From Dictyostelium discoideum (lineage: Eukaryota), in the NCBI GenBank assembly GCA_000004695.1, contig CM000152.2, forward strand, positions 2,592,001 to 2,656,000: a stretch of 64,000 nt of DNA, given 5' to 3'. Position numbers and translations under genes: made by a program. Positions 40,688 to 56,954 of this stretch are shown piece after piece. The notes under the pieces are model-generated. The model worked only from the letters and a program-made list of their open reading frames with translations. It made no database searches and was not told the origin of the DNA. Numbering within the stretch: the first letter of the stretch is position 1; each line of letters begins with the position of its first letter.

Positions 40688-43600
40688 CCGTACCGCGATC
40701 AAGAGGATACAAGATAGACGTGAAAAGTAATTCATCCTTTTCTATCCTTAATCTCGGTCAATTTTAACCAATCTTTCAAAAAAAATCACCAATCCACCAC
40801 GATCTACAGATCTAACTTACCAAATCGCCGATTCAAAGGAATCCCATCGAGATGAATTCCTACGCAGACGCGGCTAAAATGGCCAACCCCTCCACCCATA
40901 TGGACGAGGCATCAGAGAACTTCATTAAGGAATTCTCCACAAAAACAGCAGAGATAAAGGAGACCTACCCCAAATTATCAATAGGCCTCAAAGACATCTC
41001 CAAATACTGCGAGACCATATTGAACATGACTGCGCTCTCAACCTACGAGAAAAACAACGGATTCTACCCAATTACACTCGAATTCCCCAAAATGGATCTC
41101 ATGGGGTTAGAAGAAATGAGAAAAACACTCTCAAACTACGATATCCCAATCGACAAGATATACATAGGCAAAGGAACTAGAAAAATGATCCACCTGATGA
41201 TTAAAAACGAACAATCTCTCCTAAATATCATTAGAGATAGAAGCAAATTGGGAACCTTCATCACCTCCAGTAGAGACTACCACGTCCTCACAGGAAGAGT
41301 AAGAATTCCAAGAGAAAAGGCAGGAATAGTGGACGCCCTCATCAAAACTGCCTTTGCAGAAGAAATACCCTATGCAATATACCATACTATATACTCCACC
41401 GACCACCTCCTAGTATTCGGTCTAATAGAATGCAAAATAGGCGATCAAATGAAATCTGGCCAACACAATACAGAAATCGCCAACTTTACCATCAGAACGG
41501 CCACCAAAACCTACTCCTCACAAAAGAAAAATAAGAAAGTAGAGTCAAACAACACGGAAGAACCATTAGAAGATGAGATGACAGATGATCCTCCCAACAC
41601 CCAAAACAGGATAGCAATCAAATCCTCTCAACCAAAACCACAACAACAAACAAACAACCCAGCAAAAAATCAGTCTGATAAACAATCAACCCAAGAGAAA
41701 AAAGCCCAATCAAAAAAGCCCTCTCAACCTCTTCCCCCCAAAAACCAAGCAGAATCTCAATCTGTCAAACCCACCACAACCACTACCACAACATCCAACG
41801 CCATCCAAAAAGACAATGCCAACAAAACGAGCACTAACATCCATTCATCCTCGGAAAACAGAGAGAAGACACCAAACATCCCTCCATCACATAAACGCAA
41901 GAACGAGGAAATCCACTCAAACAACGAGGTCACCCAACTCTCACCAACAATAAACAGAAGCAACCCTTACATCCCATCCACCCCTAAGACACCTGTCAAA
42001 AATGAAAGGAAAGGAATCATTGAGAGCTTCATAGAGAGTATCTACCCTTCACCATCCAAACCGCAGCTATACGACTCCCAAGAGGAGATCGATATCATCT
42101 CATAATGGTAGTAATCAAAATCAACCAATGGAATGTCAGAGGTTGGGGCACTGACACCTCCTTCAAAAACAAAACAGACTTTATCAAATCCCAATCCCCC
42201 CCAAACTCATTGGCACTAACCATAGTCAATGAACTCAACGCCGACGCAACACAAGCACACCAGCTATTTCCTGGCTCCATCATTAGCGCAACCAACAGAG
42301 GCAACGGAATAGGAATACTAAACCACAACAACCAAAACATAAAACTCTCACCAATATTCATAATAGAAGGTAGACTAATAATATCAGACATTCTAATAAA
42401 AGATACCACAACGAGAATCTTGGCCATATACGCCCCGGCCCAACCTGATAAAAGAAAAACACTAGCTTCAACACTAAACAAACACTTCAACAACCAATAC
42501 CACAACCTAACGTCTAACCCTAATAAAAACATCGACATCATAGCAGGCGACTTCAACTGTTTAGACTTCAATGACAATCACACATCAAATGATGACCAAG
42601 GCAACTTGACAACACAATCCCCAGATGAGATGGCCACAGTAATCGAAGCCATCAGAATTTCAAATAACCTAATGGATATGGACCAACTAAATAAAAGACC
42701 CACCTTCTCAAGAACGATACACAACACAAACAATAACCTCACAAGAATCTTGGAAAGGAGACTAGACAGAATATACCTTAACAATAGCATAATCAACTAC
42801 AGCCAATTATACTTAAGGAACCTAATCCCCCCAAAAATTAACAACATACCTCTATCAGATCACAACTTCCTATCAACCACCTTCACTCTACCCAACATAC
42901 AGATGAACATGCGCAGATGGAGATTAAAAAATCCTCAATCCTCTCAAGCATAATGCTTAAGAAAATAGACTTCCTACTTAACGATTATTCAAGGGAGTTG
43001 TCATCCAACCATAACTCTATTTCCTTCTCTCAACTCAACAGCTTACTGAACAAAATAAAACAACTATACACAGAATTTCAAAAACAAAACGACTACAACA
43101 ATAAGGCAAACATCAAAAATCTAATCTCCCTACTAGAGACAGAATTTAAAGACCAAGCCTTCGCAACCCTTTCAGCAATAAATGAATCTAAAAGAAGAGA
43201 AGAACAACTTAAACAAGAATTGAACAACTATTGCGAAGAAACCTCACTCAAGTACATCTCCGCGAGAATCAAGAAAAGACATAATGATTTCACCATCAAC
43301 GCAGTAAAAGATGCACAAGGTAGAACAATTAACAAACAGGAATTGATCGAAGAAGAATACGTAAAATATTACTCAAATCTTTATGACTACAAAGAAGATG
43401 ACCCACCATCTCATTATGAAATGTTGGAAAATTGGACAGTGACCAGGGACTCAACATGGGACAACCTTGAAAACGAATTCACATCACAAGAGATCCTAGA
43501 AGTAATAAAACAATTGAACCCACACAAATCTCCAGGCCCAGATGGAATTCCAAACTTATTCTACATAACACACAAAGAAAAACTAGCTCCAATACTGGCC

Positions 43601-45935
43601 TCAGCATTCAACGACACTCTAAGAAATCCTCATCTAATTAGCAAAAATTACAAAGAAGGCCTCATTATCACGATACCTAAAAAGGGAGACCCCGAACTAA
43701 TCAAAAACAGAAGACCAATTACACTGGCCAACTGTATATATAAAATCCACTCAAAACTAATAAACAATAGAATAATCCCAATACTAACGAAAGTGATCAA
43801 CCACAATCAAAAAGGTTTCGTACCAGGCAGATTCATTCTAGATAATATCATATCAATGAACGAATTAATCAACTATTGTAATGATAAAAGAATAAACGGA
43901 ATAATTACACTATATGATTTCGAAAAAGCTTTTGACTCGATCTCACACGGTTCAATACTCAGATCACTACAACACATCAACATTCCAACCAATATAATCA
44001 ACCTGATAATGAATCTACTCACCAAATCTGAAGCAAGAATTGAAATTAATGGTAGAACTACTATACCCTTTGAGATCAAAAGAGGAGTTAAACAAGGAGA
44101 TCCACTATCACCCACCCTGTTCGTCCTTGTAATAGAGGCTTTAGCTAGAAAAATTTTACAAGATGACCGAATTACTGGCCTTCCTCTAAACAACAGCAAC
44201 CACAGAGAGAAATTCCAAAGCTTTGCAGACGACTCGGCTTCAATGGTCCCAGACTCTCAACAACTTGAATTAGTACTACAACACTTCAATTCATTTTGCA
44301 AAGCCACTTCCTCAAAACTAAACATCGACAAATCTTCATCAATTCTTATAGGCAACCCAGACAATACCAACCAAAGAATTCCAATATCTACAAATCCAGA
44401 AAGATACTTGGGATACTTCTTCACAGGCAAAGGGATAACAAGAAAAATGCCAGAAATATTAAACACAATAAGATCATCCTTAGTACTATGGAAAACCACT
44501 GACTCAACAATCAAAACCAAAACCAACATCCTCAAAGCATTCGCACTCTCTAAATTAACCTACTATTCATATGTAGAGAACTTTAAGGAAGAGGAATTAA
44601 ACCAAATCAATAAATTAGTCGAATGGTTTTTATCGGCACCAAACAACAAAAATGCTAGTGGATTTCAAGTTATTAATTTAATGAGAACCAAAAGAGCAAG
44701 ATACCCACTAAAAGTAGGAGGCTGGAACATTTGGAATATAGAATTGAGACAACTGGCGCAGAAACTTTGGATCATAAACCAGTTCATCCTAGCACTAGAA
44801 ACCAAACAAACAAACTCATCTCATCACAAAAGCTGGGAATATCAGATCCAAAAAAACAAATTCACATCCAGATACCTAAAAGAAAACTTAGACGAATGGA
44901 ACAAAATAAGAATAAAAAAAGCAATCTTCAACAATAATCTCACATCCATAAAAAACGAAAATGGACAACCACTTTCACTGGCAGAATGGTATACCACAAT
45001 TCAAGACCAAAATCCAACCATCCCTAAAACGGAATTCCAATCATCTCTAAACTTAAGAGGCTACAGCTATAATCAACTCTTCAACAATATACTGAAGATA
45101 AAAGACCCTAAAACAAGAGACACAATGTTTAGATTCCATGCCAGATGCCTTCCAATAAACTACCTTCACAACAAACAATGCCCACTCTGCAAAGAAGATA
45201 TGAGCAAAGACCCATACGGTCACCTGTTCTTCTCATGCAAGAAAACAAAACAATTCATAAAAATAAATAAACTCAAAAATTTCATCTTTATTACCACAGG
45301 CAAAGGTAAAAACTGGCACCATACAAGAATTAGGCAAAATAACAATTTCATTAATAGAATAACTCCAAAATTATCACCGACAGCCAAAAAAGATCAAGAA
45401 GTGAATGCAGATTACGCCAACCACAGATTCCACAAAGAATACTTTGAATGGAACTATAAAGCAATAGACTATGATCTAACCAGATCATTCGCATATAGAA
45501 ACCTAATGGCCCTTATCCTCCACAACATTTGGATTTGGATTTGCAATCAAATATACAGTGAAGATCCTTTAACAGATGAATCACTATCATACAGCTCCCT
45601 TCTAAAGAAATGGCACAAATTGGCCACTCTAGAATACATCAAAAAAGCAAAAGATCTGAAAAACTTATCAGCAAAAGACCATAATAACTTCAAAGATCCT
45701 AAGATCCTTCTCACTTCAACGATCAAGCTAAGAAAAACAACAGCTAATTACTATTGTATTCCAGAATCATCTCTCCCAAATATTATATCTTTTGATCAAT
45801 TCATATGATTAAAATAACCCTTCAGCTTAAATGATAAGCCTTTAAATAAATATTAAATAAAACTCGTATTAACACAGATGGACATATATCAATCTTGTTA
45901 ATCCAATATTAAAAAAAAAAAAAAAAAAAAAAAAA
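40688..45935 (+). mobile_element. Full-length non-LTR (LINE-like) retrotransposon of the tRNA-targeted TRE3 type (size and position fit TRE3-A/Tdd-3). It is 5,248 bp. ORF1 is 40852..42105. ORF2 is split: the APE endonuclease part is 42105..42953 and the RT plus C-terminal Cys-rich zinc-finger part is 42917..45808. It ends in a 3' poly(A) at 45911..45935.
   Basis: The element is distinctly GC-richer than its surroundings. ORF2a has an AP-endonuclease fold (INQWNVRGW...IAGDFNC...SDH). ORF2b has RT motifs (RPITLANCIYKIHSKLI, LYDFEKAFDSISH, the FADD motif in QSFADDSASMV, and C-terminal CPLCKEDMS...HLFFSC). The ORF1 stop and ORF2 start overlap as TAATG at 42103-42107. It was inserted 134 bp downstream of tRNA-Cys in the same orientation. 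It is flanked by a 20-bp direct repeat. Confidence 0.7.
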
Positions 45936-45955
45936 GTAAAATTATTATAAAAAAA
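45936..45955. repeat. 3' target-site duplication of the TRE3-type element.
   Basis: GTAAAATTATTATAAAAAAA follows the poly(A) tail and matches 40667..40686. Confidence 0.8.
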
Positions 45956-46119
45956 TTGGAATTTCGGTAATAAAAAAAAAATAATAAAAAATAAAAATAA
46001 AATTAAAAAAAAAAATTTCGTTTTTTCAGTTGAAAATTAATTTCCCATTATTTTATTTTAATTTAGAAAACAAAATAAAAAAAGAAACTAAAATATAATT
46101 TTAAAGAGTTTTAAAGGAA

Positions 46120-47986
46120 ATGAGCGCAGCACCACCACCATCAATTTACACCGAATCATTTAGTACGAGTAGTAACAATACAACCGAATCAGAATCGATT
46201 AATGTTGAAGAAACTAGAGAGAATATATTATCAGGATTTTCATTTGAAGAGTATTTTCAAGTTTCAGAATCAATTTCAGTTATAATAAAAAATAATTTTA
46301 AAAAGATTGCTTTACAATTACCAGATTATCTATTATGGGCATCTTCAGAATTATCAAATAAAATTCAAAATAGTGTACCTTTAGAATATGGTATTAAAGT
46401 TTTCATTTTAGGTGATACTTCATATGGTTCATGTTGTGTTGATGAAGTAACTTCTTCACATTTAAAATCGGATTTTATAATTCATTATGGTCATTCTTGT
46501 TTATCACCGTAAGTATACTGAATTTTATGATAATATTATAAAAAACAAAAAAAAAAAAAAATAAAACAACAACAACAATATATTAATATAAAAATTGATA
46601 ATTTTTAGATCATCTAAAATACCAGTGCAATATGTATTTGGTAAAAAAAAAAATTTCAACGTTGATAAATTTTCAATAGAATTAAATAAATTGGTAGAAT
46701 CAAAAAAAGAAGAAAACTTTGTAATTTTTTATGATTTATTATATCATCATAATAGAGATTCAATTGAAAATCTTTATAAAAACAATGATAATATTATAGT
46801 TACAAATATAAATAATTTTAATAATATTTATTTAAATAATTCATTTAAAAATAATAAATTAAATGAAACTCAAAATTGTAATAATAATTATAATAATGAT
46901 TGTTGTGGTAGTGATAATAATAATAATAATAATGATAGTGGTTGTTGTGGAGGTAATAATAATAATAATAATAATAACAGTGGTTGTTGCCAATCACAAT
47001 CACAACAACAACAACAACAAAATGATTGTTGTCAACAAAAATTAAATAATGAAATTAATAATGAAAATGATAATAATAATGAAGAATTAATTTCAGGTAG
47101 GAAAATTGAATTTAAAAATGAAAAAGATATTAAAAAATTTAATTTTATATGGATTGGTGAAGAATCATTAACTTTAACCAATTTATTAATGAATTTTAAT
47201 CAACAAATGGTTTATAGATATTATATTGATGATAATAAATTACTTCAAGAAACATTACCAAGAAATAAAAGTTTAATGAGAAGATATCATATTTCCGAGA
47301 AATGTAAAGATGCATCAATCATTGGTATTGTGGTATCAACATTATCAGTTCAAAAGTATTCAGAAACAATCGATGGTTTAAAGAAATTAATTATAGCCAG
47401 TGGTAAGAAACCATACGTTTTCGTTGTTGGTAGATTAAATGTACCAAAATTAGCAAATTTCTCAGAGATTGATATCTATGTAATCGTTGCTTGTCACGAG
47501 AATACAATGGTTGATTCAAAAGATTTCTATAAACCAATTGCAACACCATTCGAATTAAATCTTTCACTAAGAAATGAAAAATGGACAGGTGAATATATAA
47601 CTGATTTTGGTAGAGTTTTCCCAAAATTAATTAAAGATTTATCTTTTGATGAAGATGATGAAAATAAATGTGAAATACCAGAAGATCAAGTTGAAGATGA
47701 TCAAGGTAATATTCATCATTTCTCATTAGTAACTGGTAGAATTGTTATTCAAAATAAAAATCAATCAACACTTCAACAACAACAACAACAACAACAAACT
47801 CAACAATCAGGTGATTTAATATCAGTTAATAATCAATTTAAACAGGTTTCATTAGTTGGTGAACATTTATCAAATAAAACTTATAAAGGTTTAGATATGA
47901 GAATTGGTGAAACACCTGTAACCACTGCAATAGAAGGAATGTCTGGTATACCAAAGAATTATAATACTGATAAAAATAATTTATAA
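46120..47986 (+). CDS. dph2: Diphthamide biosynthesis protein 2 (DPH2; DPH1/DPH2 radical-SAM-like family). There are 2 exons: 46120..46508 and 46609..47986. It has an unusual Cys/Asn-rich insertion ([35 protein letters not shown]...NDCCQQ).
   Basis: The N-terminal block reads EEYFQV...[21 protein letters not shown]...[37 protein letters not shown]. The C-terminal block reads [72 protein letters not shown]...[28 protein letters not shown]. This closely tracks yeast DPH2 ([25 protein letters not shown]...[30 protein letters not shown]...[29 protein letters not shown]). The donor is CC|GTAAGT (phase 2) and the acceptor is TTTTTAG| at 46608. Confidence 0.85.
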
Positions 47987-48020
47987 ATAAATAATTTAAA
48001 TTTTAATTAAAAATATATAT

Positions 48021-48081
<61 letters not shown>

Positions 48082-48158
48082 TGTTTAAAAATAAATTATT
48101 TATTTATTAATTTTTTTTTTTTTTTTTATTTTTTTTTTTATACACTTTTTTATTTTAT

Positions 48159-48457
48159 TTATTTTAATTGGTCGAATTTTTCAGCACATTTCTTTAAAGA
48201 ATCACCAACTAAACGATATTGTAACCATTCATTTAAAGGTTCAGCACCTAATGATTCATAAAAATCGATTGATGGTTTATTCCATTTGAGTACTTGCCAT
48301 TCCATACGACCATAACCTTTTTCATAACAAAGTTTACTTAAATATAATAACATCTTTTTACCATATCCTCTTCCACGATATTCTGGTTGAACATAAATAT
48401 CTTCAAGATAAATACCAGGTTTACATAAAAATGTACTTTTAAATTTGAATAATGATT

Positions 48458-48493
<36 letters not shown>

Positions 48494-48790
48494 TTAACGA
48501 ACATATTTAATCAAAATAATAATAATGAAAAATAATTACCTATAATTTCTAAAATGTAAAGAATATGCAATAATTTTACCAGTTGATTTTATTTTACCAC
48601 AATTGATAAAAATAACTGGGTCTTCACCAAATGCCCATTTTTCCATATCTTTGACGTCACCAACTACCATATGTTTTAATTTTTCATATTCTGCTAACTC
48701 TACAATTAAATCGTAAACTTTTTGCATATCATCTCTAGTAGCAGGTATAATTTCAAAATCGTCTTGAATTGGTTCCATTTCTTTTTGCAT
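48159..48790 (-). CDS. GNAT-family N-acetyltransferase, spermidine/spermine N1-acetyltransferase (SSAT)-like. There are 2 exons: 48540..48790 and 48159..48435.
   Basis: Exon 1 reads FEIIPATRDDMQKVYDLIVELAEYEKLKHMVVGDVKDMEKWAFGEDPVIF...AYSLHFRNY. Exon 2 reads S-TFLCKPGIYLEDIYVQPEYRGRGYGKKMLLYLSKLCYEKGYGRMEWQVLKWNKPSIDFYESLGAE. These match SSAT (IRPAT..D...I..LIKELAKYE..., [39 protein letters not shown]). The donor is AG|GTAATT (phase 2) and the acceptor is AAAAG| at 48436; the phases are consistent. Confidence 0.85.
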
Positions 48791-49048
48791 TCGTTTTTTA
48801 ATCTGTTGAAAATGTCAAAAATTAAAAATAAAAAAAAAAAAACGAGAATGAATCTTGTTCCAAAAAATTAAAAATAAATTAAAAAAAAAATAAATTAAAA
48901 AAAAAAAAAAAAAAAAAAAATATCTATTAAAAAAAACTAAAAATTATTCTTTTAAAAATACTTTATTTTATTCCATTTAATTAATTTTTATTGTTTTGGA
49001 TATTTGTTCGAATAATTAATTGGTTGGACTATATATTTGAGTTTATTG

Positions 49049-49322
49049 TTATGGATATTGACTTGCATAATTAACTGGCTGAACAATAAACGTTTGCTCA
49101 TGACAATGTTCATTATATTCACAAACCATTTCATTTAAAAAAAATAAATCAACAAACCATCCAATTGTAAAAAGACCTTTTTAAATGTTTTTTTTTTTTT
49201 TAAACAAAGGTTAATAATTAAATTATTTATTTAATTATTTAATTATTTATTCATTTTATTTATTTAGTAATTTTTTTTATTAAATCAATTATTTCATAAT
49301 TTTAAAGTTTTTTTAATAATTT

Positions 49323-49355
<33 letters not shown>

Positions 49356-49568
49356 TTCATATACTTTTTAAAAACTCACCTCCTGTAAAAAAATATAACA
49401 AACCAGACAATGGCATACCAAGGTAAAATCTATGTGCTCCAAATATTCTAAATAAGAATGTTAATAATTTTATTTCAAAGTTTTAAAAATTTAATAAAAA
49501 AATAAATACCCTAAAAAAAACCATAGCAGAAATGTCACGGTAAATGATGCATGATGTGTGTAACACAT
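49049..49568 (-). CDS. Small TM2-domain protein (~84 aa). There are 3 exons: 49510..49568, 49380..49447 and 49049..49176.
   Basis: The assembled protein is MCYTHHASFTVTFLLWFFL-G-IFGAHRFYLGMPLSGLLYFFTGG-GLFTIGWFVDLFFLNEMVCEYNEHCHEQTFIVQPVNYASQYP*. It contains the TM2-domain signature FGxHRFYLG...GG.G...IGW..D. The donors are GG|GTATTT and G|GTGAGT. The acceptors are TTTAG| and AAAAG|. All phases were verified (59 + 68 + 128 nt). Confidence 0.7.
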
Positions 49569-49845
49569 TTTTATATGTATATAATATTTAATGAATATAA
49601 ATTATTAAAAAAAAACAAAGAAAAAATAAATTAAAAAAAAAAAAAATAGATAAAAAAAAAGAAAAATATTAAAAACAAAAAAAAAACAATATTAAAAACT
49701 ATAAAATTAAAAAATTTTAAACAAAACAAAAAAGGAAAAAAGCACAACAGATTAACTTGAATGTTTGAGTTTTTTTTTTTAAAACTAAACATTAACCAAA
49801 TGAAACAACTTTTTTTTTTTTTAATCTATAAATATATTTTTTTTT

Positions 49846-53863
<4,018 letters not shown>

Positions 53864-53963
53864 NNNNNNNNNNNNNNNNNNNNNNNNNNNNNNNNNNNNN
53901 NNNNNNNNNNNNNNNNNNNNNNNNNNNNNNNNNNNNNNNNNNNNNNNNNNNNNNNNNNNNNNN
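53864..53963. other. Assembly gap (100 N).
   Basis: A run of n characters. It is flanked on one side by a low-complexity coding exon and on the other by the terminal inverted repeat of a repeat element. Confidence 0.99.
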
Positions 53964-55790
53964 AATTACCTTATTAATTTCAGCAGCCATATTAATTTCA
54001 GCATGTACATAGCTGCCAAAATTAATATGGTAATTTTGGCATAGAAAAAAAAAAAGTCAAAGTCATTTAATTAATAATCATCTCAAATATAAACAAAATT
54101 TTAGTACTAAAATTAATATTATTATTATTTTTATTTTAATAATTATAATAATAAAAAAAAAAAAAAAAATTTTCATATTATTTTATTTATATCTTTTATT
54201 TATTTTTATCTTTTTATTTTTATTATTAATTTTATAATTTATTTTCATTTCTTTTTTTTTTAGTTGATATATATTTTTTTATTATTCATTTATTTCTAAG
54301 GCTAACAAAAAAAAAAAATTAAAAATAAAAAAAAAAAATAAAATAAAAAAAAAAAAAAAAAAATTAAAATAATTTTTTTTTTTTAATTTTTTTTTTTTAA
54401 TTATCTACTCTTCTACTTACTCTTTTGTTACTAACAGATGAAGTTTCGTTTGAAAATCTTTTGGTGAAAAAATCAGCATCAGATTGTAATTGATTAGCTC
54501 TTTTTTTACCCGTTTTGTTTTTGTTTGATTGAGTTGTGATTCCACCATTATTGGAAGTTGTTGCAGCTTCATGTGTTGATCTAACTTCGGTGGTAGAGTG
54601 CTCGATTGCTTTTCCAACTAGGTCATCTGTTGATTTTCTTTTGGTTATTTCGATATCCCTTTGCAATTTATTTTTACTTGAGAGTTTGGTGGCCTCTATT
54701 CTAGAAGTAGGCTCAGTATTGTAATAAGCCTTTATAATAGCAGAATGATTATCTGCTTTATAATGATTACTGATGTGCTGTTGACACTGGTTTTGATTAA
54801 TCATATGAGAGACACCATCTTCATCTTTGTTAAGCCTAACCTTCTCTATAATCTTCACTAAGTCTTTTGGGTACCAATTTTTTCTTTTTATCTTTATCAA
54901 TATAAAACACTTCTTTAATAGTTGCCGTACCATATTCTACATTCTCAACAACATACTGTTTATCCAAAATGTTTTTCCAATAGCTTATATTTTGTCCACT
55001 CAATTTGGTATTATGAAATTTATAATCTATTTTAAATTTTACATCTTCGTCATATTTTTCCAAGAGTTTTTTTAATTTATTTTTATTATTTTTTCAATTT
55101 CTGTTGCAGAAAGTTGATTATTTAATTTATTGTCTTTACTGAAGACCATTTTTTGGAACGAAAACTTTAAAAAAATAAAAAAATAAAAAAAAAAATACTT
55201 TTTTTTTTTAATTTTTTATTTTTATATTTTTTTTTTTATATTTTTTTTTTTTAAATTTTTTTTTTTAATTTTTTTTTTTTATTTTATTTTTTTTAAGTTT
55301 CGAACAATTATATATAAAAAAAAAGTAAAAGATATCCCTTCGGTTAATTAAATAATAATAATAATAATAATAATAATATAATAATAATAATAATAATAAT
55401 ACTTATTTCGAAATGTTTAAACAATCATACAGTTTAAAATTAAATAAATTGTTTTAAACCACCACTTTTTTTGAACACATGAAAATAAATAAGATATAAA
55501 AATAATAAGATAAAAAAAGATTTTTTTTTTTTTTTTTTTTTTATTTTATAATTATTCTTGTCGTCAGTATTGTTACTATAATTAATCCCATGAGTTTTTT
55601 TTATTATTATTTTTAATTCTTTTATATTTGAGATGATTATTATTAATTAAATGACTTTGAGTTTTTTTTTTTATATTTCTATGCCCAAAATTACCATATT
55701 AATTTCAGCAGCCATATTAATTTCAGCCTAAAATAGTTGGTCTGTGCATGCCAAAATTAATATGGCTGCTGAAATTAATATGGTAATTCT
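53964..55790. mobile_element. Putative DNA-transposon-like unit, unclassified. The left inverted repeat is 53964..54098 (truncated by the gap). The right inverted repeat is ~55608..55790. The ~1.5-kb internal region carries one frameshifted ORF on the minus strand. The subterminal regions are built from 16-bp palindromic units GCTGAAATTAATATGG / CCAAAATTAATATGG and their complements.
   Basis: Region 54003..54098 (GCATGTACATAGCTGCCAAAATTAATATGGTAATTTTGGCATAGAAAAAAAAAAAGTCAAAGTCATTTAATTAATAATCATCTCAAATATAAAC) matches the reverse complement of 55608..55710 at ~90%. Region 53964..54002 matches the reverse complement of ~55740..55790. The core AATTAATATGG recurs >=10 times in both orientations. 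Confidence 0.5.
54397..55063 (-). CDS. Internal ORF of the IR-bounded element. Track ORFs 54836..55063 and 54397..54933 become one ~250-aa reading frame with a single -1/+1 shift in the A-run GATAAAGATAAAAAGAAAAAATTGG. It is hypothetical and basic, with a Ser/Thr-rich C-terminal part.
   Basis: The two overlapping frames (MEKYDEDVKFKIDYKFHNTKLSGQNISYWKNILDKQYVVENVEYGTATIKEVFYIDKDKKK... and ...KNWYPKDLVKIIEKVRLNKDEDGVSHM...KRANQLQSDADFFTKRF...) switch within a homopolymer run. No confident homology was found. Confidence 0.35.
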
Positions 55791-56227
55791 AGCAGACATA
55801 AGTCCCATGCCAAAATTACCATATTAATTCCAGCAGCCATATTAATTTTGGCATGGGACATGCAACATAAAATTTTTATTGCCATTGATTAATTTTTTAG
55901 GTTTTTTTATTTTGTTTTTTTTTTAATTTTTTAAGTAGAAGTATTTTTAAAAAATTAATAAAAAACGAAGGTTAAATAAATAAAAATTAGAGCCAGTTTT
56001 CCCTCAAAATAAAAAAGGCTATTTTCAATACGTCCTGGTGAAAAATTTCACAACAACCTCATACTGTTTATGTATTGCACATTATCATATTTATTTTTAT
56101 TATTCATTGTGTGTCTCAAGACCTTATAAAATTGACAGATATCTCTTTTTGAAAAATCTATTTTTATTTATAATTTTTTTTTTTTTTTTTTATTTACTCT
56201 AATAATTTTTTATAAATTTCCTTGATA

Positions 56228-56499
56228 CTATTTTTCCTCGATAATCTTAAAACAATTCCAAGGATATACACATGGGCTATTGTTGAATTGTTGTTTACAA
56301 GAAGGTGATTTATAAATTTGGATATTACTTGTTATTGGAATTCCTTCGGTTTGTATATCGTCAACATATATAACACTAACACTTGGTGGTATTTCATATA
56401 TTTTTTGATCGAATCCATCCAATAAAAAAAGTGAGGAAACACCTGGTGGTATTGAACCACCCGATAATGGTTTTTTAATAGCTCCAACATATAATGTTT
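56228..56499 (-). pseudogene. FNIP-repeat exon fragment (a truncated extra copy of the FNIP array). Its upstream part was replaced by the palindromic repeat element.
   Basis: ...LYVGAIKKPLSGGSIPPGVSSLFLLDGFDQKIYEIPPSVSVIYVDDIQ... carries FNIP-repeat signatures but lacks the B-box and coiled-coil exons. Confidence 0.5.
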
Positions 56500-56650
56500 G
56501 CCCCATGCCAAAATTAATATGGTAATTTTTAGGAGCCATATTAATTTCAGCATGCATATACAACCTGTTTTTAGGCTGAAATTAATATGGTAATTTTAGC
56601 CTGCTGGAATTAATATGTTGAAATTGGCATGGAACATATACTACATGTAA
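56500..56650. repeat. Solo copy of the inverted-repeat end (palindromic AATTAATATGG units), inserted at or over the 5' part of an FNIP-repeat exon.
   Basis: CATGCCAAAATTAATATGGTAATTTTTAGGAGCCATATTAATTTCAGCATGCAT...GGCTGAAATTAATATGGTAATTTTAGCCTGCTGGAATTAATATGTTGAAATTGGCATGG. The minus-strand ORF 56228..56563 begins MYMHAEINMAPKNYHINFGMG, which is a translation of the repeat, before switching to FNIP sequence (LYVGAIKKPLSGGSIPP...). Confidence 0.6.
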
Positions 56651-56954
56651 TTTCTCACATTTTTAGAAAAGACATTAAAAAAATTTATAACAAACTGCCA
56701 TTAAAAAAAATTTAATATTAATTAAAAATTGATAAAATCTAATATTATTTATTATTGAATAATTAATTTGTTATTAATAAATAAAAAAAATAAAAAAATT
56801 TATTTATTTTTGCCTAATAAAAAGTATAATTTCTTGTAAAATAGTAAAATTTCTAACTTTTTTTCCCGTGGGTGTATATTGTCTCTTGTGAAAAAAATAA
56901 AATAAAATAAAAAATGATAAACTGGATTTATTTAATACTTTTTTATGAGTCCAC

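Noticed and set aside
42578-44535. Several minus-strand and alternate-frame ORFs (42095..42577 -, 42578..42796 -, 43873..44199 -, 44257..44535 -, 44296..44502 +, 44731..44937 +).
   Set aside because: They are internal to the retrotransposon, opposite or out of frame with its ORF1 and ORF2. They are typical chance ORFs in a GC-richer element.
46863-47045. polyI/polyV 60-aa ORF.
   Set aside because: It is an alternate frame of the (AAT)n/(GTT)n-encoded Asn/Cys-rich insertion inside dph2.
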